Of a DNA stretch of 32,000 nucleotides, positions 8,701 to 17,813 are shown piece after piece. Source of the DNA: Archaeoglobus fulgidus DSM 4304 (GTDB taxonomy: Archaea; Halobacteriota; Archaeoglobi; Archaeoglobales; Archaeoglobaceae); assembly GCF_000008665.1 (NCBI RefSeq), contig NC_000917.1, forward strand, positions 1,110,001 through 1,142,000, in the 5' to 3' direction. The translations under genes were made by a program, and so were the position numbers. The notes beneath the pieces are model-generated. The model saw only the letters and a program-made list of their open reading frames with translations. It was not told the DNA's origin and did not search any database. Each line of letters begins with the position of its first letter. The stretch's first letter is position 1.

Positions 8701-8782
8701 GAATTTATCATTATATAAACGATTAATATTCTTGAGAAAATAATAAATACTTCCGCTGCCCAATATTCATTAGGTGTCTGAA

Positions 8783-9322
8783 ATGGTCATGGCCAGCGAG
8801 AAGTCTGTGCGCTTCAACTTCCCGGAGTTCAAACCTGTCGTTGTTAAGGACAGGAAGGGCGAGGAGATTCTCATCAGGCAGTACATACACGAGCAGGACA
8901 GGGAGAAGCTTATAGAGATGTACGAAACCTACGACCCCGACTATCGCTGTCTAGGTTTGCCCCCAATAAGCAGGAAGGCCATCGAGAACTGGATTGACTA
9001 CCTCGCGGAAAACGGCTTTGCAATAGTCGCAGAGAAGGACGGAAGAATCGTTGGACACCTCGTCATAGTTCCAACCGAGGATATGAAGGTTGACCTGACG
9101 ATATTTATCCATCAAGACTACCAGAACAGAGGGCTCGGGCAGGAGATGATGAAGCTGATAATCGATTACTGCAAAAAGGCTGGATTTAAGGGAATCATGC
9201 TCGTGACTGAGAGAAGCAACGCGAGAGCCATTCACGTTTACAAGAAGATGGGTTTCAAGATTGTCGCTCCATACTACGAGTGCGACATGTATCTCGATTT
9301 GACGGAGCAGCAGAACGAGTGA
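8783..9322 (+). CDS. GNAT-family N-acetyltransferase
   Basis: Acetyl-CoA binding motif QNRGLGQEMM followed by RAIHVYKKMGFKIV. ATG 8783 has GGTG 7 nt upstream; the ORF-track start GTG 8774 lies inside that SD. Confidence 0.8.
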   Translation: MVMASEKSVRFNFPEFKPVVVKDRKGEEILIRQYIHEQDREKLIEMYETYDPDYRCLGLPPISRKAIENWIDYLAENGFAIVAEKDGRIVGHLVIVPTEDMKVDLTIFIHQDYQNRGLGQEMMKLIIDYCKKAGFKGIMLVTERSNARAIHVYKKMGFKIVAPYYECDMYLDLTEQQNE

Positions 9323-9399
9323 ATAATTGGTTTTTAATCTCACTTTAAAGAAAATAGAAGAAATTCCATTTTTTGTGTAGAACCACACTTTCAATTAAC

Positions 9400-10323
9400 T
9401 CAGTAAACCTCGCTCTCCTTCCCGAGCAGCTTAAGCAGTATTGCCTTCTGGGCGTGCAATCTGTTTTCAGCCTGATCAAACACGATGGAGTGCTTACCTT
9501 CCATCACCTCATCCGTAATCTCCTCCCCTCTGTGTGCTGGTAAGCAGTGCATAACGACGACATCATCCTTTGAGAACTTGAGCAGCTCATCTGAAACCTG
9601 ATACGGCTGAAACGCCTTTAGCCTAGCCTCCTTCTCGGCCTCCTGACCCATCGACGTCCAGACGTCGGTGTAAATCACATCCGCCTCCTTAACAGCCTCC
9701 TTCGGGTCTCTCACGAACCGCAGCTTTGCACCCATTTCCTCGGCTTTCTTAACAATCTCGGGATTTGGGTCGTAGTTTTCAGGTGTTGAGATGACCATCT
9801 TCATTCCGGTTAGCGCAGCGGCGAGAATCATGGAGTTGCAGACGTTGTTTCCATCCCCAACCCATGCGAGAGTGACGTCCTTGAAGTCCCCTCTGTACTC
9901 GTAAATCGTCAGCAAATCCGCAATAACCTGGCACGGATGCTCAAGGTTGCTCAGACCGTTGATAACTGGAACTGTTGAGTATCTGGCAAACTCCTCGATG
10001 GTGCTGTGCTCCCTAACCCTCATCATTACCGCATGAACGTATCTGCTGAGAACTCTCGCTGTGTCCTTTATCGGCTCCCCTCTGCCGAGCTGAAGTTCGT
10101 CCCACCCGAGGTAGAGCGCGTGGCCGCCCAAGTCGGTCATAGCAACCTCAAAAGATACTCTTGTTCTCGTTGAAGGAAGTTCGAAGATCATTGCGAGGCT
10201 TTTGTTTTTCAGGTAATCGGTAACAACGCCCTTGTACCTTTCCTCCTTTAGCTTCTCGGCAAGCTTGAGTATCTCGAAAAGCTCATCCTTTTCGAGGTCA
10301 GCCATCGAAAGAAGATGCTTCAT
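9400..10323 (-). CDS. argF: Ornithine carbamoyltransferase
   Basis: STRTR, HPCQ, DVWTSMGQE and HCLPAHRGEE motifs. Confidence 0.92.
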   Translation of the reverse strand: MKHLLSMADLEKDELFEILKLAEKLKEERYKGVVTDYLKNKSLAMIFELPSTRTRVSFEVAMTDLGGHALYLGWDELQLGRGEPIKDTARVLSRYVHAVMMRVREHSTIEEFARYSTVPVINGLSNLEHPCQVIADLLTIYEYRGDFKDVTLAWVGDGNNVCNSMILAAALTGMKMVISTPENYDPNPEIVKKAEEMGAKLRFVRDPKEAVKEADVIYTDVWTSMGQEAEKEARLKAFQPYQVSDELLKFSKDDVVVMHCLPAHRGEEITDEVMEGKHSIVFDQAENRLHAQKAILLKLLGKESEVY

Positions 10324-10350
10324 ACCGGTTAAAAATTTCCGGTTAATTAA

Positions 10351-10737
10351 TTAAACTTTCTGTTTTTGGAGGTAGTGCTCTATCCTGTCCAAGAGGTACT
10401 TTCTAGTGAATGGTTTCTCGATGATTTCCCTTGCTCCGGCGTCGAGAATTTCCTGCCCTCTGTGGGCCGCAAAGGCGGTCACACAGAGTATTACGGCCTT
10501 TGGATCCTTTTGCAAAATAGCCTTTGTCGCTTCCACACCGTCTACTTCCGGCATGGAGATGTCCATTAAAACTATGTCCGGCCTGAATTTTTCGTAGAGG
10601 GCAATTGCCTCTCTGCCGTTCAGGGCCACTATAACCTCATAATAGTCCTCAAGCATTAACTTAAGGGCCTCAAGAACTGCGAGGTCGTCCTCAACAATCA
10701 TTACTCTTGGCTTCATGCTACCCCCTTTTCCCTTCAT
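10351..10737 (-). CDS. Single-domain response regulator (CheY-like receiver)
   Basis: VEDD acidic pocket, LMDISMP phospho-acceptor Asp, CVTAF Thr and EKPF Lys. An alternative start is M8 (10716), downstream of a TTTATATT-like box at 10745-10753. Confidence 0.85.
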   Translation of the reverse strand: MKGKGGSMKPRVMIVEDDLAVLEALKLMLEDYYEVIVALNGREAIALYEKFRPDIVLMDISMPEVDGVEATKAILQKDPKAVILCVTAFAAHRGQEILDAGAREIIEKPFTRKYLLDRIEHYLQKQKV

Positions 10738-10754
10738 TTTGAATAATATAAATG

Positions 10755-12028
<1,274 letters not shown>

Positions 12029-12032
12029 GTCC

Positions 12033-12812
12033 TCACCCCATGTTTCTGAAGGTTATTTCAACCAGCGGATGCGGAACGTCCTCGATTATCTCGATGTCCC
12101 TCACGGATTTTAGCCCTTTCTTTCTTACGAGCTTCTCAATTCCAAGTTCGATGTCTTCCGGCACCTCGATGATGTATGCGTCAAGTTCCTTGACTCCCAG
12201 CTTCGCTGCTGCAACGACTCTGTGGTGCCCATCAACCAGGTAGTAGCGTGAGTCCTTTTTTATCACAACTATCGGCTCCGCGAGCCCCCTTTTCAGCTCG
12301 TGAATCCTCCCCTTCAGCTCATCTGCATAAATTCTCGACTGTGTCGGGATCAGCCTGGCGGTTTCAACCTTTCCTCTTCTCACCACAGTCCTGACTCCGT
12401 GAACTTTCTCAATTGTGTTCTTCAGCTTCTCCACCTTGTCCGGATCAACCTTCTCAATCTGGCTTCTTATAACGTCGGCGTTGGAGATTATACCAACAAG
12501 CCTGTTATCCTCATCGACAACAGGAAGCTTTGAATGTCCGGTTCTGAACATGACTCTTGCAGCGTCTCTCAAATCCATGAAGTCTCTCGCCACATAAAGC
12601 TCTCTCGACATGATATCCCTGATCTTCGTTTCCGGAGATTTGTCGAGAAGGTCAACTGCTGAAATGTAGCCCACAACTCTCATGTTGTCGTCCACAACGG
12701 GAAAGCTGTCGTGTCCCGTTTTGCGCACAAGCTCGATTGCATCCTTGACGGTGTTATCCGGCTTCAGCGTGTAAACGTTCTTCGTCATGTAGTCCTTAAC
12801 CTTAATGCTCAT
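12033..12812 (-). CDS. CBS-pair plus ParB/Srx-like nuclease (ParBc) domain fusion protein
   Basis: Two CBS repeats (residues about 1-125), then LIPTQ...EPIVVIKKDSRYYLVDGHHRVVAAAKLG, which is a ParB N-terminal/sulfiredoxin-fold signature. Confidence 0.75.
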   Translation of the reverse strand: MSIKVKDYMTKNVYTLKPDNTVKDAIELVRKTGHDSFPVVDDNMRVVGYISAVDLLDKSPETKIRDIMSRELYVARDFMDLRDAARVMFRTGHSKLPVVDEDNRLVGIISNADVIRSQIEKVDPDKVEKLKNTIEKVHGVRTVVRRGKVETARLIPTQSRIYADELKGRIHELKRGLAEPIVVIKKDSRYYLVDGHHRVVAAAKLGVKELDAYIIEVPEDIELGIEKLVRKKGLKSVRDIEIIEDVPHPLVEITFRNMG

Positions 12813-12848
12813 TACAGAAGAAAAATGACGGCAAGCTAAAAACTTTTG

Positions 12849-13664
12849 CTAAAGCTTTTCCAGATAATCAACAACGCTCCTGAAAATGCAGTAGCCGTCC
12901 CCGTAACCTTCTCTCCTCCCAACCTGGTAGCCGAAGAATGCCCTTTCAGGGTGGGGCATTAAGCCGAAGACCGTATGTGTTGCGTTGCAAATGCCCGCGA
13001 TGTTGTAGAAGCTTCCGTTGGGATTCCAGGGGTATCCTGCATAATCTCCCTTTTCATCAACGTATCTGAAAACAATCTGGTCGTTGGAGGTGAGCCTTTC
13101 CAGATACTCATCCTCCTTTCCCGAGGGAAAAACCACCTTCCCCTCTGCATGCGCCACAGGGAACATCACCACGTCTTTCTTTAGATTTTTCACGAAGATG
13201 CACTTCTCGCTCTCCTTTTTCAGCAGAGTCGGCCTGCACTCGAACCTGCTTGAGTCGTTCATCGCCAATGCCATCTCAGGTTTTTCGGCAAGCGGCTTAT
13301 CTTCATCAAAGCCCGGAAGAGCACCAAGCTCGACGAGAACCTGAAAGCCGTTGCAGATACCGAGGATTGGATAGCCCATTTTTATGAACTCCTCAATGTC
13401 CTTTCTCAGAACGCTCTTTACCCTCGCCGAGAAGATTGCCCCGGCTCTGATGTAATCCCCTGCCGAAAACCCGCCGGGAAAGACCAAGCACTGGTAGTCG
13501 AATACGCTTCTTTGCTCCTCGAACCTTATCATGTCGCTGTAAAACTGCTTGATGTGAACGGCCTCTGCCTCAACCCCGAGACTTCTGAAGGCTTTAACCG
13601 TCTCATCCTCGCAGTTTGTACCCTCCATCCTCAGAACTGCAACCTTGATTTCCTCCCTGTCCAT
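12849..13664 (-). CDS. purQ: Phosphoribosylformylglycinamidine synthase I (glutaminase subunit)
   Basis: GATase nucleophile elbow GICNGFQ and the HPER His-Glu motif. Size and N-terminus (KVAVLRMEGTNCE) fit PurQ. Confidence 0.9.
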   Translation of the reverse strand: MDREEIKVAVLRMEGTNCEDETVKAFRSLGVEAEAVHIKQFYSDMIRFEEQRSVFDYQCLVFPGGFSAGDYIRAGAIFSARVKSVLRKDIEEFIKMGYPILGICNGFQVLVELGALPGFDEDKPLAEKPEMALAMNDSSRFECRPTLLKKESEKCIFVKNLKKDVVMFPVAHAEGKVVFPSGKEDEYLERLTSNDQIVFRYVDEKGDYAGYPWNPNGSFYNIAGICNATHTVFGLMPHPERAFFGYQVGRREGYGDGYCIFRSVVDYLEKL

Positions 13665-13684
13665 CGGTAAGCAATCAACCGCAA

Positions 13685-13692
13685 TCTTTTAA
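13685..13692 (-). promoter_or_regulatory. Putative TATA box for purQ (leaderless spacing)
   Basis: The minus strand reads GAAAAAGCTTAAAAGA. The box centre lies about 25 nt upstream of the purQ ATG (13664). Confidence 0.35.
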
Positions 13693-13756
13693 GCTTTTTC
13701 CGTGTCGGCAGCGTTGATGTTCTGCACTCTTTAGTGCTAGTAACGGCATCAATTTG

Positions 13757-13770
13757 AAAAGAATTCTTTT
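13757..13770. repeat. Perfect 14-nt palindrome AAAAGAATTCTTTT
   Basis: Read directly. It lies in the 207-nt spacer between purQ and the acyl-CoA synthetase remnant, next to nested inverted repeats at 13713-13752. Confidence 0.6.
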
Positions 13771-13826
13771 AGCTGGTGGGGCTGGTCTGATTCCTTTCTC
13801 TAAGATCGTCCTGTCTAGGGAAAAGT

Positions 13827-13839
13827 AAAAAAAGAAAAA
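13827..13839 (-). terminator. Oligo-T terminator candidate downstream of the acyl-CoA synthetase remnant
   Basis: The minus strand reads GGTTTTTCTTTTTTTAC (T5 then T7), beginning 32 nt after the stop at 13872. Confidence 0.45.
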
Positions 13840-13871
13840 CCTAAACTTTCAAAGCTGGCAGATCTTTAATT

Positions 13872-14573
13872 TTACTCCATTTTTTCTATAAGGTATCTGC
13901 GATACTGCTCCCTGAGCCTCTTCTTGTCGAACTTTCCAACGCTCGTCTTTGGGATTTCGTTAACGAAGATTATGTCGTCTGGAAGCTGCCACTTCGCAAA
14001 TCTTTTCGCCAGAAACTCTCTCAGCTCATCCTTGGTAACTTCGCTGCCGGGCTTGGGAACGACAATCGCTATCGGCCTCTCCTGCCACTTCGGATGCTCA
14101 GCAGCGACAACACATGCTTCCAAAACTGCTGGATGTCCCATCAGATAGTTCTCCAAATCAACGCTGCTTATCCACTCTCCCCCGCTCTTTATCACATCCT
14201 TAACCCTGTCAACCACCTTTACATAACCTTCAGGGGTTATTACTGCCACATCTCCGCTCTTCCACCATCCGTCAACGAAGCTGTTCATCGTTCTCTCGTC
14301 ATTGTGGTACTCCTTCGCAACCCACAAACCCCTGATCCAAAGCTCTCCAACGGACTTTCCATCCCACGGCAGCTCATTAATCCAAAGCTCCTCAAGAGCA
14401 TTTGCTATAGCACAAATTCGCTCGTAGGCTTTGGCGTAGTTGTATCTGAACATCCCTGCAAAGGTTCTGGACGCAATCTCCCTTTTGGGGTGGATTCTGG
14501 CAGCATGCTGTATTATCCTTGTTACATTTAGCTGGTAGTCATCATTCATGGTGGAAGGTATTCCTTTCAGCAT
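13872..14573 (-). CDS. Acyl-CoA synthetase (AMP-forming) lacking its central AMP-binding core; probably a non-functional in-frame deletion derivative
   Basis: The first ~63 residues match the acyl-CoA ligase N-terminus. The sequence then jumps to the C-terminal region (GELWIRG...GWWKSGD...DRVKDVIKSGGEWIS...PKTSVGKFDKKRLRE). No SGTTGxPKG-type motif is present. Confidence 0.7.
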   Translation of the reverse strand: MLKGIPSTMNDDYQLNVTRIIQHAARIHPKREIASRTFAGMFRYNYAKAYERICAIANALEELWINELPWDGKSVGELWIRGLWVAKEYHNDERTMNSFVDGWWKSGDVAVITPEGYVKVVDRVKDVIKSGGEWISSVDLENYLMGHPAVLEACVVAAEHPKWQERPIAIVVPKPGSEVTKDELREFLAKRFAKWQLPDDIIFVNEIPKTSVGKFDKKRLREQYRRYLIEKME

Positions 14574-14706
14574 AGTTTTTCACCAATCAATCAAGTTTAA
14601 TCGACATAATAATTTTTCGAATTAATTTACTTAAGAATCCTGAAAGTTTATTTTCAGTTATAATCTGCTGAAAAACAAAAAAGTTGGAAAATGAACTTAC
14701 GATGTA

Positions 14707-16605
14707 TTAAACCTTCAAAGCCAGCTCAGCTCCCTCCCTTGTAGCATCGAGAGCCTTTCTGGGCTTAACGCAGTCTCCAATCTTGTAGAGCTCGCTAACC
14801 TTGCCCTGAAGCTCGTCATACAGCCCATTGTTCGGCTTTGTACCGACAGCTATAACAGCAGTGTCACACTGCAACTCTTTCCTCTCACCATTCTGCTCCA
14901 CAACCACTGCATTGGGCTTGATTTCAACAGCCTTCGTGTTGGTGAGCATCTCCACTCCCTTCTCTTTCAGGTACATCAATACGGTCCATCTTGTCGAGAT
15001 GCCTATATCCTGGCCAATCTTCGGCAACATCTCCACAATTGTAACCTTCTTCCCCTCATTTGCAAGCTCTGCTGCAACATCGCATCCAACTCCTCCTCCG
15101 CCTATAACCACCACACTGTTTCCAACCTCTGCCCTTCCTGCGAGGACATCGAAGGCTGTTACAGCATTCTCAACTCCCGGAATTGGTGGGATCAAAGGAG
15201 AAGCTCCAACGGCTATTACCGCAACATCAGGGTTCTCTGCTAAAACTTTGCCCGCATCAGCCTCCGTGTTGTATCTCACCTCTACCCCAAGCTTTGGCAG
15301 GACGTTCATGAAGTACTTGCCCACTTCTGCAAATTCATAGCCCAAAGGTGACTTCGCAGCCAAGTTGAGCTGCCCTCCCAATTTGTCAGTTTTCTCGAAT
15401 AAAACTACCTTATGCCCCTTTCTTGCAAGCATCTCTGCAGCCATGCATCCTCCCGGTCCACCTCCGACAATAACAACCTTCTTTGGTTTTTCTGCTTTCA
15501 GATTTTCAAACTCAGCCTCCCTTCCAACTATGGGGTTAACGAGGCATGTAACTGGCTGAGCCTGCATAACCATGTCCATGCAGCCCTGGTTGCAGGCCAC
15601 GCAATACCTTATCTCATCAAACCTTCCCTCCTTGGCCTTCTTCGGCAGTTCAGGGTCGGCAATCAAAGCTCTCAGCATTGCAACCATATCTGCCTTGCCC
15701 TCCTGCAGTATCTTTTCAGCCACAATCGGATCATTGATGCGGTGAGATGCGATAACGGAAACGCTTACAGCGCTCTTTATCTCTGCTGCAAGGTAAGCAA
15801 AACCTCCTCTGGGAACGAGCATTGTTGTCAAAGGCTTTCTGGACTCGTGCCAGCCCGCCATTACGTTGATTGCTACAACTCCTGCATCCTCCAATATTTT
15901 GGCAATCTGCTTCATTTCTCTGACTGTGTTCCCTCCCTCGATGAACTCGTCTCCGGGGATTCGTATCATTACTGGATAGCTCTCTCCGCACTTTTCCTTG
16001 ATTTTTTGAATTATCTCAACCGCAAACCTCGTGCGGTTTTCCAAGCTGCCCCCATACTCGTCCGTTCTTTTGTTCGTTGCGGGGCTGAAGAACTGGGAAA
16101 TGAGGTAGCCTGCTGAACCAATAAGCTCGACAGCATCGAAGCCAGCTTTCTTCGCCCTCACAGCTGCATCAGCAAACTCCTCCTCGATTTGAAGGATTTC
16201 TTCTTTGGTGAGCTCTTTGGGAGTGCGCTTGGTGAAGATTGGTGGTGGTATGGGGGATGGGGCGACTGGTTGGCGGTTGGGGTCGAAGGAGATTTCGTAT
16301 CTGCCTGGGTGCCATAGCTGTAAAGCGCATTTCACGTCGTACTTGTGGAAGACGTCGGCTATCTTCTTGAGGTCTGGAATAAATTCGTCGGAGTGTGCTG
16401 CTATTCCACCAAAGAAGTGGGGTTCGATTTTGGCAATCCCTACAACCGCAAAACCTATCCCTCCCTTCGCCCTCTCTTCGTAGAACCTGAGCAGCTTATC
16501 TGTAACCCTTCCATCTGGCGTTGTGTAGTTCAGTCCCACTGCTGGGAGAACTATTCTGTTCTTTACCTTCATTCCTCCAAACTCGATTGGCTCAAATAAT
16601 TTCAT
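14707..16605 (-). CDS. FMN/FAD/[4Fe-4S] NAD(P)H-dependent oxidoreductase of the 2,4-dienoyl-CoA reductase (FadH) / enoate reductase / NADH oxidase family
   Basis: N-terminal OYE-like TIM barrel, CVACNQGCMD...CLVNP Fe-S motif, and two Rossmann motifs (VVIVGGGPGG and VVVIGGGGVGCD). Confidence 0.85.
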   Translation of the reverse strand: MKLFEPIEFGGMKVKNRIVLPAVGLNYTTPDGRVTDKLLRFYEERAKGGIGFAVVGIAKIEPHFFGGIAAHSDEFIPDLKKIADVFHKYDVKCALQLWHPGRYEISFDPNRQPVAPSPIPPPIFTKRTPKELTKEEILQIEEEFADAAVRAKKAGFDAVELIGSAGYLISQFFSPATNKRTDEYGGSLENRTRFAVEIIQKIKEKCGESYPVMIRIPGDEFIEGGNTVREMKQIAKILEDAGVVAINVMAGWHESRKPLTTMLVPRGGFAYLAAEIKSAVSVSVIASHRINDPIVAEKILQEGKADMVAMLRALIADPELPKKAKEGRFDEIRYCVACNQGCMDMVMQAQPVTCLVNPIVGREAEFENLKAEKPKKVVIVGGGPGGCMAAEMLARKGHKVVLFEKTDKLGGQLNLAAKSPLGYEFAEVGKYFMNVLPKLGVEVRYNTEADAGKVLAENPDVAVIAVGASPLIPPIPGVENAVTAFDVLAGRAEVGNSVVVIGGGGVGCDVAAELANEGKKVTIVEMLPKIGQDIGISTRWTVLMYLKEKGVEMLTNTKAVEIKPNAVVVEQNGERKELQCDTAVIAVGTKPNNGLYDELQGKVSELYKIGDCVKPRKALDATREGAELALKV

Positions 16606-16614
16606 CCCATCACC

Positions 16615-17724
16615 TCAGAACAAACCTGCTGGGTCCTTCCCCCTGTCTGCCAGCAACTCCTGATAGTAGGTCAGGTGGTCGGGCCACTCCTGCAACTCCT
16701 CCCTCTCAACAAGCTCTATGGCCTCCACAGGGCATGTTGGCACGCAAACCCCGCAACCCAAACACTTTTCAGCTTCAACATTTGCCGGCTCCCTGTTTAT
16801 CTTCGCCTTCACAGCCTTCATGGGGCAGCGGAGCATGCATATACCGCAGGCAATGCACTTCGATGAATCAACGCTCGCAACGTAGCTTGAGTGGGCTATT
16901 GTTTTTGGATGTCCCGCCTCATGTATTGCCCTGAAGAAGGCACAGCAGTCGCTGCAGCAGTTGCAGATGGTGCTTATCGGGCCTTTACTTCTCTCCGTCA
17001 CATGCACAAGCCCCTCCCTGTTGGACTTCCTCAGAATCTCAACCGCCTCATCAGCCGTTATCCTCCTTGCGTAGCCGTGCTCGACCATGTACTTGCCGAG
17101 AGATCCGAAATGGAGGCAGACCTCAAGGCTGTGCCTGCAACCCTCCCCAATGAGCCTCGCCATAATTCTGCAGGGGCAGTAGCCAACAGCATGGTAATCT
17201 CTATCCCTCACCAGTTTTTCAGCATCTTCGTAGGGCAGAATGACGGACTGCTTTGAAATTGTGCTCTTCTCTGGCAAAGCCCTCAGAATAGCATGCTCTC
17301 TATCACCAAGCTCGTCCAGAAATCCCTCCTTGCGATACTTAGCCCACAGGGGGGCGAGTTTCTCCTGTCTTGCATCCCTGCCCGGCCCAGCCAAAAAGGG
17401 CATCTCAGCAAATCCCACTATGACAGGAAAAAGCCTGTAGTAGGTCTTTCCATCCTTCTCTCCCTTCCATACTGTCCCCTTTTTCGCCATCTCATTCAGA
17501 ATCTTCTCCACATATTCCAAGCTTTTCCCCGTCCTCTCGGCAAGCTGCTCTGCTGTAAACCTGATGAAGGGCATGTGAACTGCAATCTTCGCCTCCTCCT
17601 CGTCAAAGAGGACGCTCAGAATCTCCTTTTCAACTCCGCTTACAGTCTTTGGTAAACCGACTGGGGCCTTATCGAGCTTCTCCCTCAGCTTCTCGTATAT
17701 TTCAAGATGGTGTGAGTGGTGCAT
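16615..17724 (-). CDS. Multi-cluster iron-sulfur protein with 2x[4Fe-4S] ferredoxin motifs
   Basis: CIACGICMLRCP and CLGCGVCVPTCP, plus the extra Cys clusters CPCRIMARLIGEGCRHSLEVC and CNCCSDCC. GAGGTGA lies upstream of the ATG, and the stop lies 9 nt upstream of the flavoenzyme start. Confidence 0.75.
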   Translation of the reverse strand: MHHSHHLEIYEKLREKLDKAPVGLPKTVSGVEKEILSVLFDEEEAKIAVHMPFIRFTAEQLAERTGKSLEYVEKILNEMAKKGTVWKGEKDGKTYYRLFPVIVGFAEMPFLAGPGRDARQEKLAPLWAKYRKEGFLDELGDREHAILRALPEKSTISKQSVILPYEDAEKLVRDRDYHAVGYCPCRIMARLIGEGCRHSLEVCLHFGSLGKYMVEHGYARRITADEAVEILRKSNREGLVHVTERSKGPISTICNCCSDCCAFFRAIHEAGHPKTIAHSSYVASVDSSKCIACGICMLRCPMKAVKAKINREPANVEAEKCLGCGVCVPTCPVEAIELVEREELQEWPDHLTYYQELLADRGKDPAGLF

Positions 17725-17753
17725 GCTTTCACCTCATAGCCTTTTCTCCACAA

Positions 17754-17792
17754 ATTATATAACAATATCGCAAATGCTATAGATTTATATAG
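17754..17792. promoter_or_regulatory. Compact divergent promoter: two TATA-like boxes about 30 nt apart plus CTATA-N6-TATAG
   Basis: ATTATATAA (17754-17762) serves the minus-strand Fe-S gene and TTTATATA (17784-17791) the plus-strand regulator. The inverted repeat CTATA (17777-17781) / TATAG (17788-17792) overlaps the second box. Confidence 0.45.
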
Positions 17793-17813
17793 TATGGGGT
17801 GAACTACAGTCTG

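Noticed and set aside
8506-9322. A small ORF followed by a GNAT, considered as a GNAT-type toxin-antitoxin pair.
   Set aside because: The genes are separated by 82 nt containing separate AT-rich promoter-like boxes. The small protein is strongly acidic and has no RHH or HTH signature. The GNAT shows only generic motifs.
15412-16116. 234-aa plus-strand ORF inside the FadH-like gene.
   Set aside because: It is antisense to a strongly supported CDS, has low-complexity composition and carries no start signals.
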